From assembly GCA_963705705.1 (NCBI GenBank), contig CAVPKK010000005.1:64001-128000 (forward strand): DNA of 64,000 bases. The letters are read 5' to 3'. Of this stretch, positions 37,734 through 46,290 are shown one piece after another. Every line of letters starts with the position of its first letter. The first letter of the stretch is position 1. Made by a program: the position numbers and the translations under genes. The DNA is from an uncultured bacterium (GTDB lineage Bacteria; Babelota; Babeliae; Babelales; JABCYS01). Under the pieces are notes generated by a model. That model was not told the origin of the DNA and ran no database searches. It saw nothing but the letters and a program-made list of their open reading frames with translations.

Positions 37734-40010
37734 TTACATTTTCTTATGATTAGACTTTCTAATAGCACTGTAGTAATTCCAACTTCTAATCAGAGAGCTT
37801 GGGTTGGTCGCGCTGCTGCTACTACTCTGCGATGCTTGCTGAGTAGCTGCAAATTCGATTTCGGCGATCCTTCTTCTTACTACTTTGAGATATTCTGCCG
37901 TATAGTCTGCCACCGGTTTAGCGGCTGGATATTCAGCAGCTATTGCTTTCGCCGCATTACGCATTTCTTTAGCAGCGCTTTCATTGAGCATCACATATTT
38001 GTCATCAAATAATAATCTGGCATCACCGAGAGCATCGATCGTATCTTTGCAATATTTTATTGCTTCAGCGGAATTTATTTTGTGGGCTTCGATATCTGAT
38101 TCTTCGATCTCAGCTGCAGCTTCAAAATGCATCCGAGCTAAAGTAAGCCGTATGTCAGCTAAGAGTTCATAACTATGGATCTGTTGAAACTCTCTGGTTT
38201 CGGCAAATTGCGTCAGATATTGTTCGGCCTTGGTAAGGTTAGTCAATTGATCATGCGATACAGCCAAAAGTTTATAATACTGCGAAAGGCGCTGTAGTAG
38301 ATCAAGAAATGGTTCGTGTCGTTTTTTTAATTCTGCTAAAGCCTTTTCTCCATAGAGAATAGCGCGACGGAGGAGGGTAACTTTCTGAGGATTGTTGCTG
38401 ATATCTTGAACTGGTATTTCTGCAATGGATTGATAAAGGTCTAGCGCTCTGCAGCCACCATTAAGACCTTCCGTTACTATCTCTTCTGGCCGTGCAGCAA
38501 CCAAAGGTCTAATTGCTGGATCCAAGCTTTCCTTATCGCAGGTATTATAAATTTTGTAACGATCGGCCAAAAAAGTTGAAAAGGCATTCTGTGCTTTGCG
38601 ATGCACTGCTGAAAGTTCTTGATTGCAACCACGTACAAGTAAGGAGCGGAAAAGATCGCGTATCCGTCTACTATAGCGCTTTATAAGCAGCTTTTCATGT
38701 TCAATTGTTTGCGCTGTAATTGGTGCCCCCAAGCCCATAAATGGAGAGGATGTTGTATCAGCTCTCATATCATGGATCCAATCCGTGTGAGGCCAATTTT
38801 GAATTTGAGCCAGATCTTTTTCCAAAGCTCTTTTATCATTTTTAGTAATCGTTGAGTACGGCGAATTTAACAGGGCAGATAACGATGAATACATGGTTGG
38901 CATTCGGTTTTCAAATGCTTCATCTAGAGTAAGGCGCAAAACAAAGTCTTGCGCTTGCAACTCCGTGCTTTTATCATTGTGCATTAGCCATTGAATGATG
39001 AGATCGGGTGATGCAGTATCAACTAATTTAAATAGATCTTGATCGGAGCCTACCAGGCAAAGAATTTTTTCAGCAAGCGCATACGGCTGCATCATTGTGA
39101 CGCAGTCCATAAGATGAGTTACTAGCTCTGTATATCTATTATTTAGTTGCTCAAGTTCTGTACTGATTCTGGAATATTCAGAAGCATGCGGTCGTATTAC
39201 AAACTCCGCCTTTTCCTTCTCAAGTTTAATCTTTTGCGCATACAGTATCGCGAGTTCTTCGCGTTCTTTTTCCAGCTCTTTATTGACCCGTATTGGAGAG
39301 CGTGAAGCTCTATCCCAAAAACGTTTTGTAGAAGGGATATCAGTAAAATAGTCCCGTAGAACTGTTCTCAATACTTCAAACGGATTTTGACATCTGGTAA
39401 CTAATGCAGCTATTTCGTTCACGCCTTGTTCAAATGTTTTAGCTTTACTAAATATTTTGTGCACGAGAATAGCCCATTGTTGGCCAACTGATTGTGTTTT
39501 GCCTAATGTTAGAGAATCACCGGGTAATAATTTTGGTGCGGTAGGCAGCAATAGTTGCGACACGAGTCCATACCATCCTTTTGATACGCGCAATACTTTG
39601 CACAAGAATTGATAATCGCCGTTTTCGAGCAATTTTAAGATCATGTCTTTGTTATCACGAAATTGCTTGCGACCAGATATGATTCTCTTAATAGGTGGTG
39701 ATGAAGATGATGACCATTTATCGTGCCGTGAAGGGCTGCAAGTCGGCGGCTGCGGAGCCATCGAAAGTCTTAATGTCTTATGCTGCTCCTGCTCTATTTC
39801 TTCCGTTTCCATTGCGAATGCAAGTCGAGCGTTTGCTGCTATCTGCCGCTTGCGGCTTGCTCGAACAGCAGCAGGACGATTATGCATAGAGGAGGAAGAA
39901 GGACTACTCGATGAACCATTAAGATCCAAAGAAGTTATTTGAAGAAGAAAGATAAGGGCAATTGCATTAGTTCGAAAGACCATTCTTTTTTTCTTCCATT
40001 TCATTGCCAA
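37734..40010 (-). CDS. Secreted helical protein with F-box-like motif (array member)
   Basis: Probable start MVFRT; KDMILKLLENGDYQFLCKVLRVSKGW, RFWD, QPYA and YPAAK. Confidence 0.8.
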   Translation of the reverse strand: MAMKWKKKRMVFRTNAIALIFLLQITSLDLNGSSSSPSSSSMHNRPAAVRASRKRQIAANARLAFAMETEEIEQEQHKTLRLSMAPQPPTCSPSRHDKWSSSSSPPIKRIISGRKQFRDNKDMILKLLENGDYQFLCKVLRVSKGWYGLVSQLLLPTAPKLLPGDSLTLGKTQSVGQQWAILVHKIFSKAKTFEQGVNEIAALVTRCQNPFEVLRTVLRDYFTDIPSTKRFWDRASRSPIRVNKELEKEREELAILYAQKIKLEKEKAEFVIRPHASEYSRISTELEQLNNRYTELVTHLMDCVTMMQPYALAEKILCLVGSDQDLFKLVDTASPDLIIQWLMHNDKSTELQAQDFVLRLTLDEAFENRMPTMYSSLSALLNSPYSTITKNDKRALEKDLAQIQNWPHTDWIHDMRADTTSSPFMGLGAPITAQTIEHEKLLIKRYSRRIRDLFRSLLVRGCNQELSAVHRKAQNAFSTFLADRYKIYNTCDKESLDPAIRPLVAARPEEIVTEGLNGGCRALDLYQSIAEIPVQDISNNPQKVTLLRRAILYGEKALAELKKRHEPFLDLLQRLSQYYKLLAVSHDQLTNLTKAEQYLTQFAETREFQQIHSYELLADIRLTLARMHFEAAAEIEESDIEAHKINSAEAIKYCKDTIDALGDARLLFDDKYVMLNESAAKEMRNAAKAIAAEYPAAKPVADYTAEYLKVVRRRIAEIEFAATQQASQSSSSSATNPSSLIRSWNYYSAIRKSNHKKM

Positions 40011-41925
40011 TTTTTAAAGAATTGGGCACAAGACGCAATGATGGTTCGTCAATTTCGCGTTCAATAGCTACTAGGTATTCGTTTAATTTTTGTACAAATC
40101 CAGCCATCACTGTATGACTTGCTGGTACTTCATCAGTCAGTTCTGCAATATCGATGATCATCGCTTGTATACGCGAAGCAATGTTTTCTAAATCTTCCAT
40201 TGGTGTGGTAGCGATTAATTCTATTGCTATATCTAGAGCTTTGCAGCCACATTGCAGAGTTTGATCGGCCTCATGCCGATTTCCCGCTAAGAAATACTCC
40301 CATGTCATATCTTTGAAAGCATCAGCTGCAATGTTAGCATGATATATGGTTACATAGTGTCCAAATTCATTCATTAATCGCTGAAAGTAAAATCCTGCCT
40401 TTTTAATCTTTTCGATATGACGTGTATATGCATAGGAATAGTAATTAATAACAGCTGCGCTTATTAAATCCTCAGGATCTAATTCATCACCAGCTTCAGC
40501 AAGCGTGACCGATGTTTCGGCAAAACCTATCGCAGTTTCCATATGCTTAAGTATATTTTTTTGTGCGCTTTGTTCATGTGGAATATAACAATGCCACTCT
40601 CGTGCAGAGTGTGCCACATCGCGATATGCTGTAAGCATATCTTTGTCTTCATCTTCGGCGTCTATTATTTGTTTAATTAATTTTACACCGCAAGAAAGAA
40701 TTAGATCTTTGAGCTGTGGGCTACTTGTCTTTGTTAATTCATACGTGAGTATGCGCAGCTTGAATGCTGCGGTATCTACTTCTGGATCGACAGGGTATAA
40801 GGCCTGAGCTAACTTCGTTGGAAATAATGTTTCAATTCTTTTCTTTGCAGCTTTTTTAAGAGCTTGTGCCAAGATTGCATCTTTTCCGGTGCTGGATTGG
40901 GAAAGCTGTCGGCTTAAACAACAATGAATTGTAGGCATACGCGAGATAATAGCGTTGTCGAGTTCCGCATTATTGTTATTTGATCTATGCAGACCGAGTA
41001 ACCAGTTGGCAGTGCCATTTTCGAAATCTTGCGGATCGAGAATAGGTAAATTAAAAGCTTTATTGAGGATAAACAGTTCATCAGGCAAAGAATCAGTGAG
41101 CAACCAATGGCGGGCAGTTCTTTGATCTATTCCCGCAGCTCCTAGATTGATCATACCGAGCATATTTCCGCAAATACCCAGATGCATTTTTGCTGCTAGC
41201 GCATATGGCTGCAATTCTCGCATGCATTCAACCAATGGCTTTAGAGCATCAGCATACTGTATATTAATGGTGGCAAGAGCAAGAGTATCGGCGGATATTC
41301 CTGGAGCCTGCTGCTTCTTTATTTTTTGTTCAAGTTCAGTTTTTTTAGCACGTAGTTTAGCTAAAGCCTCAATTTCTTGTCGTTTAAGCATTGTTAATTT
41401 ATTAGTCTTCGGTTCCCAATCCCAAAAACGCTTTTCCATTGGAACAGCGTTGAAATAATTTAGTGCTATTACTTCTAACGCAGCGGCTGGGTTTTCGCTG
41501 CGGCAACACATGGTTGTCACTTTATTAATAATAGAGCTTATCGTTTCACGATTTTTATTCCCAAACAAATTTCTGACATTTGACACCCAAGATTGTCCTG
41601 TTGGCATTTTGGCTTGCTGTGCATAGTGGTGAAACCACTTGGAAATGGATGATATTCTGCTTAATTCAATAAAATCCAAACCTTCTAAGGCCTCTTGGAT
41701 CATGTATTTTTGGTTCCAAAAATGCGGAGCATTCGCGCTCAAAGCAGCAGAAGGCACAAATCTTTTTGGCTCTTGGGCTGTTTGCTGCGCTGCAGCCATT
41801 GAAGCAACCGATGCGCGCTTTGAACTATGGCTGACGCTCGAGCTAGTTTCACTCGAAGCATTAATAAAGCATGTTCCCATAAGGAGCATGCTGAAAATGA
41901 TTATTTTTGTTTTTTGTTTATTCAT
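39967..41925 (-). CDS. Secreted helical protein with F-box-like motif (array member)
   Basis: Signal peptide; KYMIQEALEGLDFIELSRISSISKWF, RFWD and QPYA. Confidence 0.8.
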   Translation of the reverse strand: MNKQKTKIIIFSMLLMGTCFINASSETSSSVSHSSKRASVASMAAAQQTAQEPKRFVPSAALSANAPHFWNQKYMIQEALEGLDFIELSRISSISKWFHHYAQQAKMPTGQSWVSNVRNLFGNKNRETISSIINKVTTMCCRSENPAAALEVIALNYFNAVPMEKRFWDWEPKTNKLTMLKRQEIEALAKLRAKKTELEQKIKKQQAPGISADTLALATINIQYADALKPLVECMRELQPYALAAKMHLGICGNMLGMINLGAAGIDQRTARHWLLTDSLPDELFILNKAFNLPILDPQDFENGTANWLLGLHRSNNNNAELDNAIISRMPTIHCCLSRQLSQSSTGKDAILAQALKKAAKKRIETLFPTKLAQALYPVDPEVDTAAFKLRILTYELTKTSSPQLKDLILSCGVKLIKQIIDAEDEDKDMLTAYRDVAHSAREWHCYIPHEQSAQKNILKHMETAIGFAETSVTLAEAGDELDPEDLISAAVINYYSYAYTRHIEKIKKAGFYFQRLMNEFGHYVTIYHANIAADAFKDMTWEYFLAGNRHEADQTLQCGCKALDIAIELIATTPMEDLENIASRIQAMIIDIAELTDEVPASHTVMAGFVQKLNEYLVAIEREIDEPSLRLVPNSLKIGNEMEEKKNGLSN

Positions 41926-41942
41926 GATGTTGGTTCAGTCTA

Positions 41943-42983
41943 CTATAAATCTTCATCATCATTATCCATTTTCTTCAACTCAGCCATCTTCATTTCAATG
42001 CCAGATATTGAATCAGCATCGGGAGTTGGACCTTCAGTTTGTGCTGTTGGAGATGGAGATGGTGCCGGCGTATGCGTTAACGACGAGGATGGTGATGGTG
42101 TTGTAATTGAATGAAATTGTTGTGGCTCTAACTCATTGATTCTACGCTCGATGTTTGCCACATATGCATCAAATTTCGTTGCTAATGGTTTGGCCGATAT
42201 ATATTTAGTGGCAGCCTGCTTTGCAATTGCACGCAAATCTTTTGCAAAAGGGAGATGCATATGAAGCAGTTCAAGCGGTGATGCATTAATTAATTCCATT
42301 GCTCTATTTAGAAGATTCAGGGCATTTGTATAATGAAACTTGCGCTGTTCTGGTGCAAAATGGGCAAGTGACATTTGGGTATTGGCCGCATTGGCATAAT
42401 CAGATACGAGAATGTTAGCAAATCGGTTGAGTAATAGATTGAAGTATTTTTCTGCATTCGCCAGATATTCCTTAGAATACTGACGTACCCCTAAACTATG
42501 GTATAGGCCAGCGGCATGTCTGAAATCATCCCCCTTCAGATCATCACGATGAGCCGTTTTTATCATTTTGTCGGCAAATTGAGCAGCCCAATTCATCCAC
42601 TTAAGGATCTCATGGTTGTTTTCGACAGTAATATAATATGGCCAACTGATTGCCGCACAACTAACTACTTTCCGATAATCTTCTAATGTTCTGAAAATTT
42701 GATCGCCATTTTGCGTGAATGTTCTGGTCACGATATCGCGCATTAATACGGGCGCCCACTGAAGAAGTTTAGCGCGGCGCTCTGGGTTATCAGGGTTAGT
42801 TGTTGCATCCACCTTAAGCTTGAAATGATGAAATTGTTGGAAGATTTTACGCTTTTCCGCTTCTTGCTGATCTACTATAGGTTCGATTGTAGGCGTTGCT
42901 GAGGTGCCAAAAAGATTGGTGCTCGCGACTATTGCAAGGGATAGGAGTAAAAATGAGTTTCGATTTTTGAGATGCTTCGTCAT
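41943..42983 (-). CDS. Secreted TPR-like helical protein (array member without the F-box-like module)
   Basis: Start MTKHLK after GGAGG (ORF track start 42998); the C-terminal KYISAKPLA...IERRINELE matches EYPAAKPVA...VRRRIAEIE of 37734..40010. Confidence 0.8.
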   Translation of the reverse strand: MTKHLKNRNSFLLLSLAIVASTNLFGTSATPTIEPIVDQQEAEKRKIFQQFHHFKLKVDATTNPDNPERRAKLLQWAPVLMRDIVTRTFTQNGDQIFRTLEDYRKVVSCAAISWPYYITVENNHEILKWMNWAAQFADKMIKTAHRDDLKGDDFRHAAGLYHSLGVRQYSKEYLANAEKYFNLLLNRFANILVSDYANAANTQMSLAHFAPEQRKFHYTNALNLLNRAMELINASPLELLHMHLPFAKDLRAIAKQAATKYISAKPLATKFDAYVANIERRINELEPQQFHSITTPSPSSSLTHTPAPSPSPTAQTEGPTPDADSISGIEMKMAELKKMDNDDEDL

Positions 42984-43012
42984 GGGTGTTTCCTCCATTT
43001 AAGTTTGCATCT

Positions 43013-43046
43013 AGTATCCCGGTAAGGGCTCTTATTGTCAAAAGCC
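43013..43046 (-). promoter_or_regulatory. Sigma70-type promoter at the head of the array
   Basis: GGCTT-TTGACA-N17-GATACT, same as 35217-35250. Confidence 0.7.
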
Positions 43047-43063
43047 TCGCCTTGGCTGGAGAC

Positions 43064-43098
43064 AAAAAATCGCCCGATCTCATTGAGACTAGGCGATT
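43064..43098 (-). terminator. Intrinsic terminator after the XRE regulator
   Basis: Minus strand AATCGCCTAGTCTC-AAT-GAGATCGGGCGATT followed by a T run. Confidence 0.7.
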
Positions 43099-43113
43099 AA
43101 ATTAAGCTAGGGG

Positions 43114-43138
43114 ATAGTGGGTCCAGGGCTCGCCCTGG
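43114..43138 (-). repeat. Hairpin directly after the stop codon, repeated at 29688-29712
   Basis: Minus strand reads TAG-CCAGGG-CGAG-CCCTGG-ACCCACTAT. Confidence 0.6.
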
Positions 43139-43822
43139 CTACTGGAATTTTTGGATGCGTTGGATTACGCGGCCGATGATGCGGAAATGGTCTTTCCCTT
43201 TTACCAGAGCAGTCGGCGCACCTTTTTGGTTGATCGACTCAAGGACTACAAATTCCTCGCTGGTGGTCATTCGTACAATGCCTTTGACCGGGGTTTCATT
43301 GCCATATTCTACGGCTGCTATATCACCGGAGCGTGCAGGAACTTCTGGTGAAATAACCAAGAGGTCACCTTTATGGAATATCGGCGCATGGGTATTGGTA
43401 TCTAAGCATAGGGCAAACATATTACCATCATTAGTATTGAGCATAGGAATGAATTGGTCTTTGAATCCAGTGGTTGTTTGCAGAAGTTGGTTGTTATATG
43501 GAGATGGGTTTGAAGGGATTTCGCCAATGACAGGCACAATTTGGACTTTAAGTTGAATATCACTCTTTTCTGGCAGGCTTACGTTGCTTTCCACGTCATC
43601 AGTCCGCTTTCGGCGGATGGCAAAGATCTCAAGCGGGCTGAGCTCAAACGCCTGGGCCAGTTTTCGAAGAGAGTCTTCGTTCCAGCGGCGGGTGCCATTT
43701 TTGATGTGGGTTAGATAGCTTTCTGACAAGCCAGTTTTTTCTGCTAAAATCTTAGTCGTCCAACCCTTTTCACGTAGGAGTTCTTTGACTCGTAGCTCGG
43801 TTGGTTTGGTGGTGATAGACAT
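43139..43822 (-). CDS. XRE-family HTH regulator with S24-like C-terminal domain
   Basis: HTH LAEKTGLSESYLTHIKNGTR; C-terminal VPVIGEIP, GDLLVISP and IIGRVI. Confidence 0.85.
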   Translation of the reverse strand: MSITTKPTELRVKELLREKGWTTKILAEKTGLSESYLTHIKNGTRRWNEDSLRKLAQAFELSPLEIFAIRRKRTDDVESNVSLPEKSDIQLKVQIVPVIGEIPSNPSPYNNQLLQTTTGFKDQFIPMLNTNDGNMFALCLDTNTHAPIFHKGDLLVISPEVPARSGDIAAVEYGNETPVKGIVRMTTSEEFVVLESINQKGAPTALVKGKDHFRIIGRVIQRIQKFQ

Positions 43823-43884
43823 TTAAGTCTCCTAATTCATCCAGCTGAAGTTTGGGTTAATTAAAGTTTCATATTTTTATACAC

Positions 43885-43913
43885 ATGGTATAGAGGGAAA
43901 CTGGGCTCGTCAA
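43885..43913 (-). promoter_or_regulatory. Sigma70 promoter of the XRE regulator
   Basis: TTGACG-N17-TACCAT. Confidence 0.55.
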
Positions 43914-44060
43914 ATGGGTCGGAGCTATATATAAGCCCTTCCGATCAGGGGCGGGCTTGCTGCTAGGGGGCGATTCATATCGTCAGGCTTTTGTGCCATT
44001 ATCTTAGCGATAGATTGACACCCTGTAACATTCAGTAACCAAAATAGATGAAAAGACAGC

Positions 44061-44822
44061 ATGAGCCGCACATCGGTAGATAGCAAAATTCTTAAAGATC
44101 AGTTTGAACGGGCGGCTTGGGAGGCTGGGCAACTCGTATGCGGGGTAGACGAGGTGGGCCGTGGATGCCTGGCCGGGCCAGTAGTGGTTGGGGCCTGCAT
44201 TTTGTACCCCGGCAAGAGCTCTCGTAAGGTCAAAGACTCCAAATTATTGACTGAAGATGAGCGCCAGGCGGCCTACAATTGGATTATAAAGAACAGTTGG
44301 TATGGCATTGGTATTGTTACCCCAACCCAAATTGATACCTATAATATATACCAGGCAACTTTGATAGCGATGAAACGGGCAGTTATGCAGGTAATGGCGG
44401 CTTGTCCTAAGCGTCCAAATATGGTTCTCATTGATGCTATGCCTCTCAAATTAAACGGGGAAAATTATAAAGACATTACCGTCCATTATTTTCCTCAGGG
44501 TGAGCGGAAATCGAGTTCTATTGCGGCTGCTTCAATTATTGCTAAAGTACGGCGCGATGCGCTTATGACTCGCATGGAACAGGTCATTCCTGGGTATGGG
44601 TTTGCTAGTCACAAAGGGTATGCAACTGACGTCCATTGCACCGCATTGCGGGCCTCAGGTAAAACTATCATTCATCGCAACAGCTTTTTGAGCTTTTTGG
44701 ATAGGCCTGAACAGTTGAATTTGATTGAGGTAGCGGCAATTCAGGAAGATTCTGCGTCATTAGAGCTGGTACCAATACTAAATACTGAGGTAGCTAATGG
44801 ATCAACAGCTAGCCAAGTCTAA
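44061..44822 (+). CDS. rnhB: Ribonuclease HII
   Basis: GVDEVGRGCLAGPVV, DSKLL, IAAASIIAKV.RD and HKGY.T. Confidence 0.96.
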   Translation: MSRTSVDSKILKDQFERAAWEAGQLVCGVDEVGRGCLAGPVVVGACILYPGKSSRKVKDSKLLTEDERQAAYNWIIKNSWYGIGIVTPTQIDTYNIYQATLIAMKRAVMQVMAACPKRPNMVLIDAMPLKLNGENYKDITVHYFPQGERKSSSIAAASIIAKVRRDALMTRMEQVIPGYGFASHKGYATDVHCTALRASGKTIIHRNSFLSFLDRPEQLNLIEVAAIQEDSASLELVPILNTEVANGSTASQV

Positions 44823-45420
44823 AATTTCACAATCGAATTCTTTTGCGGAGGTCGTCGAAAGCAACCTTCAACAGTTTGTAGCCCAATGTTGGCAATGGGA
44901 TTTTTTTCCCGCTTTTGGGTCATTAGTCACCGTCAAAAGTGGCTCGCGAACCATTATTGGCGTTGTGCATCAGACACAGACCGGTTCGATGGATCCAACA
45001 CGGTATCCATTCCCCTATCAAAAAACGGAAGAAGAGCTGCAACGAGAGCAGCCACAAATTTTCGAATTTTTGCGAACGACATTCTCTTGTCTGACTATTG
45101 GCTACAAGGAAAAAGGTGTGTTTCATTATGCCTTGGCACCGCAGCCTTCTAAAATTCATGCATTCGTCGAGCATGCAGACAAAGAATTAATCCAGCAGTT
45201 TTATAGCTCCGATTTATATCTGCATGTGCTGTTTGGCATGGCCGGCTCGGTATTTAATTTGGATGAGCTGTTATTAGCTATGTTGCGCGGCGTCAAAGAA
45301 GAAGGCTTATTAAGCGATATAAAAATGAGCAATTTTATTGAAACTTTTTCATTGCACACGGGCAATGATTATCGTCGGCTCAAGCTATTCCTACAGCGAA
45401 TCGAGGGCATACGGTCATGA
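44797..45420 (+). CDS. HAS-barrel domain protein
   Basis: AEVVES..FVAQC..PAFGSLV, EEL.REQPQI and P.P.KIHAFV resemble HAS-barrel proteins; recognised from memory only. Confidence 0.65.
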   Translation: MDQQLAKSKISQSNSFAEVVESNLQQFVAQCWQWDFFPAFGSLVTVKSGSRTIIGVVHQTQTGSMDPTRYPFPYQKTEEELQREQPQIFEFLRTTFSCLTIGYKEKGVFHYALAPQPSKIHAFVEHADKELIQQFYSSDLYLHVLFGMAGSVFNLDELLLAMLRGVKEEGLLSDIKMSNFIETFSLHTGNDYRRLKLFLQRIEGIRS

Positions 45421-46286
45421 TTTCCTTCTTCAAAGAAAAATTAAAGAAGGTTTTCAGTGTATTTGACGCCGTCCGGAGCTTGTTCTCGCGCAATAAACTT
45501 GATGAACATGAGCTCAAAGAGCTTGAGGTAACATTAATTAAGGCCGATGTCGGGGTAAAAACGGCACGTTCAATCATAGAAGCTGTTCGAAAAAATAATT
45601 CTGCCGATAAAACGGTTCGCGAAATTGTTATTGATGAATTCAATAAGGCGCTTATCCCCTATCCAAATTCTGAATCTCGTATCTATTTATTGATCGGCAT
45701 CAATGGCAGCGGCAAAACAAGCTTAGCGGGCAAATTGGCCTATCGATTAAAGCAAGAAAATAGAAAAGTGCTTATGGTCGCCGGTGATACCTTCCGGGCA
45801 GCTGCTCCCGAACAACTACAATCATGGGCAGTTCGTGCTGGCGTTGATATTGTTATGGGTGCTCAAGAGCAAGATCCTGCATCGGTTATATATAATGGAT
45901 GCGCACAATTTAGCGATGGTACATATGATGCTCTGATTATTGATACGGCGGGCCGATTACAAACTAAGGTGCCGCTTATGAAAGAGTTGGAAAAAATTAA
46001 GCGAACCATTACTAAACAGCTGCCTGATGAACCGATTACAACATTGGTCGTACTCGATAGCATGCTTGGGCAAAATAGTTTAGAGCAGGCTCGCTTATTT
46101 AATGAATCAACTCCGCTCAGCGGTATGGTGCTTACCAAAATGGATGGCACCGGCAAAGGCGGCATTGTATTTGCCATCTCATCTGAGCTTAATATTCCTA
46201 TAACGTACATTTCTTGCGGCGAGAAGATCGAAGATCTACAGCCATTTAATGCTACTGAATTTATACATCAAATTGTTGGTGACTGA
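45417..46286 (+). CDS. ftsY: Signal recognition particle receptor FtsY
   Basis: GINGSGKTS, DTFRAAA..QL, DTAGRLQ, TKMDGTGKGG and GEKIEDL.PF. Confidence 0.96.
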   Translation: MISFFKEKLKKVFSVFDAVRSLFSRNKLDEHELKELEVTLIKADVGVKTARSIIEAVRKNNSADKTVREIVIDEFNKALIPYPNSESRIYLLIGINGSGKTSLAGKLAYRLKQENRKVLMVAGDTFRAAAPEQLQSWAVRAGVDIVMGAQEQDPASVIYNGCAQFSDGTYDALIIDTAGRLQTKVPLMKELEKIKRTITKQLPDEPITTLVVLDSMLGQNSLEQARLFNESTPLSGMVLTKMDGTGKGGIVFAISSELNIPITYISCGEKIEDLQPFNATEFIHQIVGD

Positions 46287-46290
46287 TTTA

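Noticed and set aside
32782..43822. Prophage or integrative element (CI-like repressor beside unknown ORFs)
   Set aside because: No integrase, terminase or structural genes and no att-like repeats; the ORFs are signal-peptide paralogs.
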